Shown here one piece after another: positions 51,884 to 61,725 of a stretch of 64,000 nucleotides of DNA. The translations under genes were made by a program, and so were the position numbers. Location of the stretch: IMG/VR virus record IMGVR_UViG_3300009703_000011, one strand, 5' to 3'. The notes under the pieces were generated by a model. It saw nothing but the letters and a program-made list of their open reading frames with translations. It made no database searches and had not been told where the DNA came from. Origin of the DNA: an uncultured virus (IMG/VR IMGVR_UViG_3300009703_000011) (taxonomy: Duplodnaviria; Heunggongvirae; Uroviricota; Caudoviricetes). Position 1 is the first letter of the stretch. Every line of letters begins with the position of its first letter.

Positions 51884-51936
51884 GGGCCAAATCAAGGTGA
51901 CACGTTAGGTGGGTTCGATTCCCACTTGGTCCACCA
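51884..51936 (+). ncRNA. 53-nt mini-tRNA (acceptor + T arm only, Ala identity)
   Basis: GGGCCAA...GTGGG-TTCGATT-CCCAC-TTGGTCC-ACCA; G3:U70, A73. Confidence 0.65.
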
Positions 51937-52028
51937 GTTGATAGTTAGAAATAAAAACCCTTTAGGGCTATTTTACCCAATATATTTTTGACAGAGTTTT
52001 TTAACTATGCCAAAATGACTTTGGTTTT

Positions 52029-52114
52029 GGAGAGTATTGCAGACTGGGTTTGCGTTCGCCTGCTAAGCGAAATATACCTTCGGGTATTCAGTTCGATCCT
52101 GATGCTCTCCGCCA
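52029..52114 (+). tRNA. tRNA-Ser (GCT), 8/4 fold
   Basis: GGAGAGTA/TGCTCTCC, CTGCTAA loop, 4-bp T stem, variable arm, CCA. Confidence 0.85.
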
Positions 52115-52338
52115 ATAGGATTTCATTGTTTAATTTCTGGAACGGAAGAAAAGTAAGTCTCACTCCACTTACTGGACACACACTTACTCTAGAAAACTCT
52201 GGAGTCTATGCTACTACATTGTTTTATAGATTATTAAATACCAAAAATAATCCAGCAGAGAGACAAGTCCTACTTGACCAGATGATGTTAGCTGAGATAG
52301 AGTATCAAGCGTTGAGTATTTATTTATCTGAATAGTTT

Positions 52339-52426
52339 GGAAGGTGCTGCGGGGCTGGTCCTGCAACTGGTGTTGAATACCAGAGTGACGTAACAGTTAG
52401 GGGTTCGACTCCTCCACCTTCCTCCA
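52339..52426 (+). tRNA. tRNA-Ser (TGA), 8/4 fold
   Basis: GGAAGGTG/CACCTTCC, GTTGAAT loop, 4-bp T stem, variable arm, CCA. Confidence 0.85.
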
Positions 52427-52429
52427 TCG

Positions 52430-52469
52430 AATAGAGCAGTAGGATTAACCCTACTGCTCTATTTTTTTT
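52430..52469 (+). terminator. intrinsic terminator
   Basis: AATAGAGCAGTAGG-ATTAAC-CCTACTGCTCTATT followed by a T-run. Confidence 0.8.
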
Positions 52470-53406
52470 AGGAGACCCATTATATGCTAAACATACCCCT
52501 TGGCTGTATGAATGAGAAATGTAACTGGTATGGGCAACACGTGATGGGCTGTCCTAAAGCAGACCCTTGTCTAAATAGTAATACCTACTATTCTAGTAAT
52601 ACTAGTGAGACAGAAACAGATCTAGAGATAGCTGAGTTACAAGAGAAAATTGCTGAACTTGAATCAGAGATAGAGACCCTTGAGTACAACATTGACTGTA
52701 TTGAAATCGCTCATGCAGAGGAAATAGCAGGAGAATCATGGTAATGACAGAAGAACTTATGTTAAATATGCTGACTGCTGATAAAGCTCTTGCTATAAGC
52801 GAAGAGGCCGCTAAGAAACTAGAGATGGTTAGGGTTAAAGAAAAATCTGAGAATGAATATCAGTTATCAGATAAAGAAAAAGCCTATCAGTTTAAACAAC
52901 TCATTGAGGGTATTAAAAAGAAAGCTCTTGCTGGAAAGATGGAGTATTCTATTAGATACAATACCGTAGACAAAGAAACAGGAGAGCCAATTTTCTCTCA
53001 AGAGTTTTTCATTGCACTGTGTAGAGCTTTTAAAGATGAGCATCCTACCTTTTTTGTTCAGAAGAATATAGGACCTGCTCGTAGACTTACTATTAAGTGG
53101 TCAGGGAAATATGAAGTATGAAACTAGAGAATATTTACAAAAATATCTGGCTTGATCCATTTGAGATTATTGGAATTTACCCTAAACGAGGTGACAGTCG
53201 GGAGATAATAATAGTCCTTCGGGGTGGTCAAGTTGTTGATTTTTATTTACGCCTGGATACTGAACAACGCTGGGAAGAGGTTTTCCATAGGTTCATTGAA
53301 AAAATAGAAGCTATGCGTGGTGAAAGTTTTTACGACAACATAGTTAGAACAGAGGTTGACGAAGATCTTGAAGCGAACCCTATGCTGTGATACAGTAGTA
53401 AACTAT

Positions 53407-53482
53407 GCCTTGGAAGCTTTGCTGGCGAAGCAACTGATTTGTAACCAGAAGATAGTAGGTTCGATTCCTATCCGAGGCTCCA
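53407..53482 (+). tRNA. tRNA-Thr (TGT)
   Basis: GCCTTGG/CCGAGGC, TTTGTAA loop, CCA. Confidence 0.88.
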
Positions 53483-54249
53483 CGTAGGTGATATATGTGT
53501 CTGAAGAAGAAGTTCCTGAAGAAGTAAAAGAGAAGAAGCCCGGCCGATTCAAAACCTTCCTAGCTAATGCTATTGATATGCTGGAAGAAGTACCTAAGGC
53601 CCTCTTGGGCATAGGTGTCCTAGTGTCACTGCTTGCTGGAACCATTAACATGGTAGTCACCCCAGAGGTTGACTCTACTGCTCAATCACAGGAAGCAGTC
53701 AATGAGGTTCATCTCTTACAGGAACGGCTCCTAGTTCTAGAAACTAGAAGTGAAATACTTGATAAGGTAATCCTATTGAAGCTTATGGATGGACAGTGTC
53801 TTCTAGATAATAATAACTCAGGTTATGAAGAGATTATTCTTGAGCTACCATCAGGTAAGATGATACCAGTACCAAGGAAGTAAGATGAACCCCGACGACA
53901 GAGCGCTTTGGTATAAAACTTACGTGTATAATATGCCAAATATTAGTAACTTCAAGTTTTTCTCGACATCCTCAGGAACAACTATAGATACCCACTCTCC
54001 AACTTCAGGCTCAAGAATTGAAGTTTCTTTAAGTAGAGAAGACTTGTCTATGGTCGTTGAGATGTTGTATCTTTATTATAAACAGAACCTGATAACACAA
54101 GCATTAAAACTAGATGATCTTCCAGATCCAGAGGTATACTCTAGAGCACGGGACCTAGTTGATTCAAACTTTATTTATTATAAAGGATTGTCACAATTAG
54201 AATTTTGTAACAAGTTTGAAGAACTGACTCATTTGACTACGGAGTAATC

Positions 54250-55560
54250 ATGAAAAAGCTATCCCTAGCTTTACTTTTTTTAATACTTTCAGCTTGTGAC
54301 TGTGAAGGTGAACAACTGCAAGTATACTGTGGAGAAAGTAAGCATTGCTGGATAGATAATGAAGATCGTGTTCGTATTGTCAATGATATAGAATCTTTTC
54401 GTACATTTAATCCAGGAACAGAGAGCTTGTGTTCTCTTGGCAGTACTACATGTGACCCTATCTCAGGAGATCTGACCTGTGAAAACTACAGACCTCCAGA
54501 AGAATTTGCTGAGACTGAGAGGTGTGACAAGGTAGACAATGATTGTAACTTTAAAACAGATGAAGGTACCACTCTAAACTATGATGACCCCTCTAATACG
54601 TGCACACTGAATAGTGGTGCTTGTATTCAGAACCAGGTATGTAGAGATGGTGTTCTACAGTGTAATCTAGTGTTTGAGAGTTGCGGTGAAGAAATATGTG
54701 ATGGTATAGATAACGATGGTGATGGTCTTGTCGACAGTCAGGACCCTGACCTCTTTTCAGGCGGACCTGAGTTCTACTGGCCAGAGAGAGACTTCCCCTC
54801 TGATGACCTGTTCTTTGGACAGAACAGTGCATGTAACCCTGCAAGAATTAAATGTATTCAAGGTCAGATCTTTTACGAAGGGTTAGGTCTTCCCAGTAAA
54901 GAACAGTGTGGTAATGGATTAGATGATGACTGTGATGGAACGGTTGATGAGGTAGAAGATCCAAACTACCGAGGCGCATTTGTATTTGTCATAGATGTTT
55001 CTGGATCGATGATAGGGTATAACGAAGCAATAGCCCACGCAGCCTGTAATTTCTCTAGTAATACCATACTAGACGACTCTTCATTTGCTGTAGTACACGT
55101 AGGGCTTCAACACCCACAAGCAATAAGCGAAATAGCAATTGGATTAGAATTTACTGATAACATAGAATTATGTCAGTACCTGCAGGACAAACCATGGTCC
55201 AATCAACGTGGAGGGAATGAGTATCAGCTAGAAGGTATCCTTGCCACACATGGAACAACACCTATTGTTGTTTCAGAACAGATAGCAGAGCTTGGATTCC
55301 TTGACTGGCCCGAGGGTTTGGATAAACAGGTTATTGTTTTTACGGATGAAGGTATACATACTACACCAAACTTTCAATACAGTAGTCTATACAATCAATG
55401 TTCACTAGAAAACTACACAGTTGGTGTCTTTACCAACCCACAATGGCAACCAGATTGGTATCAGGTGGTCGGAGACTGTGGTGGTTTTATTAGTACACTA
55501 TTCACAAGTCCATACCTTATGGAACAAGAACTTATACAGCACCTTACAGGAGGATGCTAA
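54250..55560 (+). CDS. Cys-rich lipoprotein with E.CDG.DNDC repeats and vWA domain
   Basis: LSAC lipobox; ERCDKVDNDCN, EICDGIDNDGDGLVD, CGNGLDDDCDGTVDE; VIDVSGSM, VFTDE. Confidence 0.8.
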   Translation: MKKLSLALLFLILSACDCEGEQLQVYCGESKHCWIDNEDRVRIVNDIESFRTFNPGTESLCSLGSTTCDPISGDLTCENYRPPEEFAETERCDKVDNDCNFKTDEGTTLNYDDPSNTCTLNSGACIQNQVCRDGVLQCNLVFESCGEEICDGIDNDGDGLVDSQDPDLFSGGPEFYWPERDFPSDDLFFGQNSACNPARIKCIQGQIFYEGLGLPSKEQCGNGLDDDCDGTVDEVEDPNYRGAFVFVIDVSGSMIGYNEAIAHAACNFSSNTILDDSSFAVVHVGLQHPQAISEIAIGLEFTDNIELCQYLQDKPWSNQRGGNEYQLEGILATHGTTPIVVSEQIAELGFLDWPEGLDKQVIVFTDEGIHTTPNFQYSSLYNQCSLENYTVGVFTNPQWQPDWYQVVGDCGGFISTLFTSPYLMEQELIQHLTGGC

Positions 55561-57235
55561 TGGCTAAGAAAAGAAAACGAAATGTACCAAAGATGTCTCA
55601 CATTATTGAAACGAGGAAGGCTATAAGAGAGTGGAAGCAAATGAACAGAGCTTCTCGTAAGCTTGTTGAAGTTGGTGGAGACTTGATGCCAGAAGGTTGG
55701 GAGACGATGTCTAAGTCTGATTACAAAATCGATGACAGACGACGGGCAGCGGAGTCTCATAGGGCTAGACCAAAAAAAGATCCAAATACTCTTAGTGTTT
55801 GTTTTAATTTTACCCCTGGAGAGATAGGTGTTAATCCGCCTTCCCCTGAGGAGGTTCAGATGATGAAAGAAATGAACCCTCAGCTAGGTAAGAAGCTAGA
55901 ACACTTTAAACCCCTTGAACATGTGATGAGTACCCCTGTTGTACTAACAAGAGAACCTGAGATTACAATGAAAGAACAGTGGGCAAAGGCTAGGCTCTTA
56001 ATGAAGCAGACGATGACTGACAGACAGAAGCAAACAGCTGAAGGCTTGTTGCAGCAAAGAACTGAGTTCAATCCAGATGCACCTACTACCTTAGATCTTG
56101 ATAATCTTACAACCCTAGGAGATTAAAATGAGTAAGTTACTAGAAAGAGAAGAGATAAATAATAGATATTTAAGAATTTTTCTCCAAAAAGAAACAGACA
56201 AGGTTCCACGTAGAGTCCGCTTCCCTGAGTCTGTAGACGTTGAGAAGGGAGAGGTTCGATTCTGGGTTATTAATCCACCAGATGGTAACCTTCAAGTTGT
56301 TGATGCAGATACCAATTTAACAAAGCTAGAACCACCTGCAGAAATTGAAGGAGCAGCTAAGTTACAAGTTGGAGTTGGAAAAGTTTTCGTAGTTAATGAA
56401 GATCATAATTTACTTCAAAGAACACCGTAGGAAAGAACATGGGACGTGGAAAAAGCAGTATAGTAACTAAGTTATTTATAAAAGAACAAACAGAAAGAGT
56501 CTCTGGTTTATTAGATGACAATATATATCCTGAATTCTTAGGGGAACCTGGACTGTTCAAGATAAAGGAGAGGCTTTTAAAGAAAAATGCAACTCTCCTT
56601 CAAGAAATACCAACAGATCTTATTCATTTAAATACTGTATTTGATAGTCACATAGATCTTCACAAGTTTTATTTAGAGAATACAAAATATACATTTTCAG
56701 ATGAAGAAATAAATGCTTTTAAGTTAACCGCAGACGTTATGCTCAAAATTGGATACACATTTAGAGCAGGTCAAATAGCAGAATATGTTGAAACAGGATC
56801 GACAAACATTCTGTGTCCCTTAGAAGACATGGACACAGATTTTGTCCATGCTTATAAGGATATGAAACAAGAGTGGGCTGCAAAGTTAAATCCACATGTC
56901 GATGGTCTAAAACTTATTTATCAAAGATATCGTGTTCCAAAGAGTCGTCGTATAGAGTATAGGATACTCAAAGAAGTCGGAGAGTCCCTGTTAAGGGGTA
57001 AGGTTAGTAAACTATCAGCTTATCAAGAGCTTGCTGATATCAAGATTCAAGCTGATAGACATATGGATAAGATTGTAGAATTATTAATTGATCAACCAGT
57101 GTTGTCTGGACTAGAGTCTGACACTCAAACAGTAGAAGACCCTGATAATGCTAAGCTTTCCCCACCACAACTTTTCATTGATTGACCTTCTCTCATCAAG
57201 TGTGGTAGTCTAGTATAGTTCTACGGAGGCTTATT

Positions 57236-57928
57236 TTGAATAAAGAATCTGCTCATGATCATAACCCGGAAGAGGAAGAAGAGCCCAGAGGGATTGAGCT
57301 AGTAGATCGCGCAATAGTATTCCTTACTGGTCCTATTGACAGGAATCATCTTCAAATCTGTAGTGCCTTATTAAACTATCACTATGCAGAAGACTTCAAT
57401 GATCCAATTCATCTAATCATCAACAGTGATGGTGGAGACTGTAGTGTTGGTTGGTCAATTATAGATATGATGAACTATATTAGACTACCTGTTTATACGA
57501 CTGCAATAGGCGTAGTTGCCTCTATGGGTGCAGACATCTTTGTTAATGGAGATCAACGCACCATAGGTGAACACTCTACGCTTATGATTCATCCTCATTC
57601 TGCTATGAGATTTGGATCCTACTCTACTCTGATAGCAAACACTAAGCTGGACACCATAGAACACAATAGGCGGTTAGCTCATTACCTAAACAACTCGAAA
57701 TATAACAGTAGCAAATCAGTTGAAGAAAAACTATTCTTAACTCGTGGTGATGATCTATGGCTGACTCCCCAGGAGGTTCTAGATCATGGTTTGTGTGACG
57801 AAATTGCAACATCCCATAAACGGAAGAGACGCAAAGGCTTTAGATTCTCACTTGATAAAACTGAAAAGGTTATCAAAAAAACTAGCAAGCCTGTCCGAAA
57901 AACTAAGTCTCGCCCGAGAAGAAAGTAG
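57236..57928 (+). CDS. ClpP-like protease subunit
   Basis: INSDGG, ASMG (catalytic Ser), MIHP (His), WLTPQEVLDHGLCD. Confidence 0.85.
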   Translation: MNKESAHDHNPEEEEEPRGIELVDRAIVFLTGPIDRNHLQICSALLNYHYAEDFNDPIHLIINSDGGDCSVGWSIIDMMNYIRLPVYTTAIGVVASMGADIFVNGDQRTIGEHSTLMIHPHSAMRFGSYSTLIANTKLDTIEHNRRLAHYLNNSKYNSSKSVEEKLFLTRGDDLWLTPQEVLDHGLCDEIATSHKRKRRKGFRFSLDKTEKVIKKTSKPVRKTKSRPRRK

Positions 57929-58558
57929 AAGGGCAGTTGACCTAGAAGAACTCGCCGGCTTTGCTACTCTAATAAACACTATGGATGATTGGACAATAGA
58001 GGCTAAGCCTTTACTCCAATGGTCTGCTACAGTTCAGTATAGTAAAAGTCCACACAAAAATCCCTGGACTGTCTCAATAGATGGTGCACATATATATGAT
58101 TTAATCTATTGGTTGATAGATAAGAACGTTGTTGGAGCACTAGAAGCAGAGATATTAAAAATAAATAAACGTTATCCTAATATAAAAGACATTATATGTC
58201 TTGAGTTAGACTAGCTCTACGTGTTATAGGTATAGCATGACTGAAGAATCCTTAATTTGTGAAGAAGAAGAGCAGGAGAATGCTAATCAAGCTCTCCAAG
58301 AGTTACTGGATGTCCTGAGAAAAAGAAATCTACGAACACAAGATTTAGTAGTTGTCTATGGAAATTTAGGATATGCACTAGGAGCCTCAATTGAAGGAGT
58401 TGACCAGAGTACTGGTGGTCCTTCAATGCAAGAGCTACAAGAACAGTATTACACAGAGCCAACCCTTGGAGTATCTCTTATGCTTCAAGGCTACTTAGTT
58501 ACATCTTGGTATAGCCAAGTGAATGATATGATAGTTGATCTACCCAAGGAGAATAAAG

Positions 58559-59089
58559 ATGACTAAACGACCATTACAATACCCAATTTATAAAGGTGTC
58601 AAAGGAAACTGGGGCGCACTTCAGTTTAACTTTCAAGCACCTCACTACTACAGAGACAGAGAGAAGGATTTTACAGGCAGGATAGCTCTGGATGCCTCTG
58701 GAAAGATTGAAGATGGTTGGCGCCAGAGAGAAGGTGCTGTCTTTGTCGAAGCAGCTACTGCTACTGGACCTAATATTTATGATTGGGAAAACAAGATTAC
58801 TTTTGCATGTTCAGTAACTGACATGGGTAAATTGATTCTTGGTCTTACCACTGGTGATAGTACAGACATCATGCATGACCCCGGAGCCAGAGGCCCAAAC
58901 GAAGGGAAAGTTCGTAAGCACCTAAAGCTTTATTCTAGTAAGGGGATCACCAAGGGTGGTTGCATGATCACTGTTAGTCTTCAGGAAGGAGATAAGAACA
59001 TGGAGCACAAGATTCCAATGAGTCCTGATGAATGCCTTGTCTTGAGACAACTCCTACTTACGGCTGTCTCTAAAGCTCTTGCATGGTGA
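58559..59089 (+). CDS. Whirly-like ssDNA-binding protein
   Basis: IYKG...GAL, EGAVFVEAA.A.G...YDWENK..F.CSVTD.G, HDP...EGKVRK.LK, IPM...E..VL...LAW. Confidence 0.7.
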   Translation: MTKRPLQYPIYKGVKGNWGALQFNFQAPHYYRDREKDFTGRIALDASGKIEDGWRQREGAVFVEAATATGPNIYDWENKITFACSVTDMGKLILGLTTGDSTDIMHDPGARGPNEGKVRKHLKLYSSKGITKGGCMITVSLQEGDKNMEHKIPMSPDECLVLRQLLLTAVSKALAW

Positions 59090-59092
59090 TAC

Positions 59093-59728
59093 ATGACTGA
59101 TGAATATGAGTTAGATGAAAGACTTAGGCTCATCTATAACTTTGCATCTGATATCGTAGCCATAGAGAAGGATACCCTTTCAATAGGGATGAGAGACAAG
59201 CTGTCACTTCTTAAGGATATGGCAGATGTGGAACAGTTTACGCTGTCTGAGGTCCAAGATATATTTGAAACCAAAGAGGATGACTTATCTAAAAATAACA
59301 TAATAATTTCTTGTGATGCTTCCATAACAAAAAATCCAGGTGGCCAAGTTGCTGTTGGTTTTGTAATTAGATTTCCTAGTGAAGATAAGCTTCCTACTAT
59401 CAAGATGTCTAACTTTACAACCTCGAAGACTAATAACACAGGTGAATATGACGCTATCTATGAAGCGCTAGTCTTCTTGTTTAATCATCATAACAGACCC
59501 AAGCACGAGGTTGTTGTTTACAGTGACAGTAAGTTAGTTGTAGAACAACTGAAGGGTAACTGGGAAGTAAATGATAAGACCCTGAAAAGAAAATGTGAAT
59601 CAATTCATGAGCTAGTATCAGAAGGTCCCGTGCCCGTATCTATTCGTTGGGCACCAAGGAACTCAACACCAGACCTGGCAGAAGCCAACTTCCTAGCACA
59701 AGATAAGAATAAAGTCCCTAGACACTAG
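59093..59728 (+). CDS. RNase HI family protein
   Basis: CDAS..NPG, TNNTGEY, YSDSKLVVEQ.KG.W.V, W.PR...AN.LA. Confidence 0.85.
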   Translation: MTDEYELDERLRLIYNFASDIVAIEKDTLSIGMRDKLSLLKDMADVEQFTLSEVQDIFETKEDDLSKNNIIISCDASITKNPGGQVAVGFVIRFPSEDKLPTIKMSNFTTSKTNNTGEYDAIYEALVFLFNHHNRPKHEVVVYSDSKLVVEQLKGNWEVNDKTLKRKCESIHELVSEGPVPVSIRWAPRNSTPDLAEANFLAQDKNKVPRH

Positions 59729-59739
59729 AGGTAAATACA

Positions 59740-60081
59740 ATGTTCTCTATTACTGGAATGTTTGCCATTCCAAGAGATCCTCATGTTGAGGTCTCAGCAG
59801 TTAGTACTGGGTCCTATATTAACTTTAAAGCTGTCACTCAGGCAAAGAATAAGGGTGATAAGGCAGTCTGGCACCACTGGGATGTTGCCCTATGGGTTCC
59901 AGATGACAAAGTCGAATACTGGAAAGACCAACTTGTATCTGGGAATGTATTTATAGTTGAGCATGCAAGTGTTACAACCTATCCGGTTCAGGATGGTAAG
60001 TATCACAACACCAAGATCAGACTTGAACATAATAAAGTTAAAAGATTAACCACGCCCATGTGGGCAGAAAGCAAGGGATAG
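59740..60081 (+). CDS. putative OB-fold/SSB-like protein
   Basis: G...RDP, W.HWDV.LW, G..F.V pattern. Confidence 0.5.
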   Translation: MFSITGMFAIPRDPHVEVSAVSTGSYINFKAVTQAKNKGDKAVWHHWDVALWVPDDKVEYWKDQLVSGNVFIVEHASVTTYPVQDGKYHNTKIRLEHNKVKRLTTPMWAESKG

Positions 60082-61725
60082 ATATGACTGAAGAACTTAA
60101 AGACTTTTTGGATGGCGAAGAGTTGGAACCTGAAGACTTTTTCGAGATGGTTACGATCATGCCCAAGCGTAAGATTAAAATCTCTGCTTACCTTGAGGAT
60201 AAAGATGGTGAGCGTATCAGTCTTACTACCGTATCTAAAAATCTAAATAAATATATCAATAAACACATGACAAACGGTGAGAATACTCCTGTTAACTCTC
60301 AATTGTTTCCACTTATTAATCAGATGATGATCTCTTCTGTTCCAAGAAGTGTAGGCGTTGCAGTCTCTGGCTTCTTGTTTACAGCTCAGAGCAGTAGATA
60401 TGCACTCTCCATGTTTGGTTTAAACATTGCACTCTTGATGCAGTACATTCATAAGCATGAGTTAAAGATCGTAACTGAAGAAACACCAATCTCAGAGAAA
60501 CAACTAGAAGAGTATCTGGCAAGAGAAGAAGAAGCTGGCATTAGATTGGCAGATGCTATTGGAAACTTTTCAGATGAAGAGTATGAAAACTAGACATCTT
60601 CTTGAGGCAGAGTGGAGTCACTATAAGTTTCCAGTGAGGGGAATCCATATGAGACCTCAAGAAATGATATTACAAATCAGGCCAACCTACTCTACAAGAG
60701 GTTATTACGAAAAAGATTCTTCACGAATGGTTGATAGACTACATGTTCTACACTACCTATATAATAGACAGGCATACTTTTCTAGTTTAGAAGACTACTA
60801 TATTGAAGTAGTCGACAGGGGTTTTGGCAAAACTGGTCAACATAGTGTACAACTTGTAATAACTGATACTGCAGACTACTGGCTCAACTCTCTAGTTAAC
60901 TACTATAAAGTTAATAAATTTTGTTTAGGTTTAGTGCCGCACCATCTTCACAGTGCAACTCTCAAACATTTAAATCCCGGTAGGATAGATAAGATAGTTC
61001 CGATCGGCAAGGAGAAGTACCATGTCTATGTTGATATGCCATATATCAGACACATTCGTGACTCTGGTGCATCTCTACTCTTAGAGGATATGAACTCAGA
61101 TCATCTAAGCAATACGAGGCCTGACTTGCCACTGGATCTAGAAGAATGAAATTAATTCAAGCATTTGTATGGAAGGCTAGTGATTCAGATAAGGAACTGG
61201 TAACAAGGCTTATTAGGGCTGTCTATCCTGAGGATCCAGTACTGGTTACAGATGTATTGTTAGACAATAAAGGTGACAGCTTCACTGGTGATGTCCTGCT
61301 TGCCTTTGGTACAAGAGCATACAATATAGTATCTACCGTTGTCGAACAGAATGTCTATCAATTCACGACTCCAGCAAAGCTAAGGTCCTTACCTGAAAAT
61401 AAGATTGCAAGATCTCAGACATTTGAAAAGCTAAAGAAGCTGGCAGAAGAAAAAGTTCAAGTAGAAGATGTAACTCTTACAGATAAAGAATTAGAAAAGT
61501 TCTTATCTAAACAGTTGGTTACTCTACAAAAGTCTTTGAAAGCTAAGGAGACTAAGTACTGGAAAGCTACAACAGCAACTGGGAAGTCTATTGCTATAAC
61601 ACTTTTACCAAATACAAAAGTCCCCAACTGTGAAATCATATTAACCTTTGAAGAGCTGTTCGCTGCCAAATATGCAGTAGAAGCTCTAGGCGTCGACTCT
61701 CTAACCCTTACAGGAAAACAAGAAA

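Noticed and set aside
50469..51936. One tmRNA interrupted by an insertion (5' end at 50469, 3' end at 51936)
   Set aside because: GGGTCTG pairs poorly with TTGGTCC, which has its own adjacent partner GGGCCAA.
52339..52426. Selenocysteine tRNA
   Set aside because: Anticodon is TGA (Ser), not TCA; the fold is 8/4 rather than 8/5.
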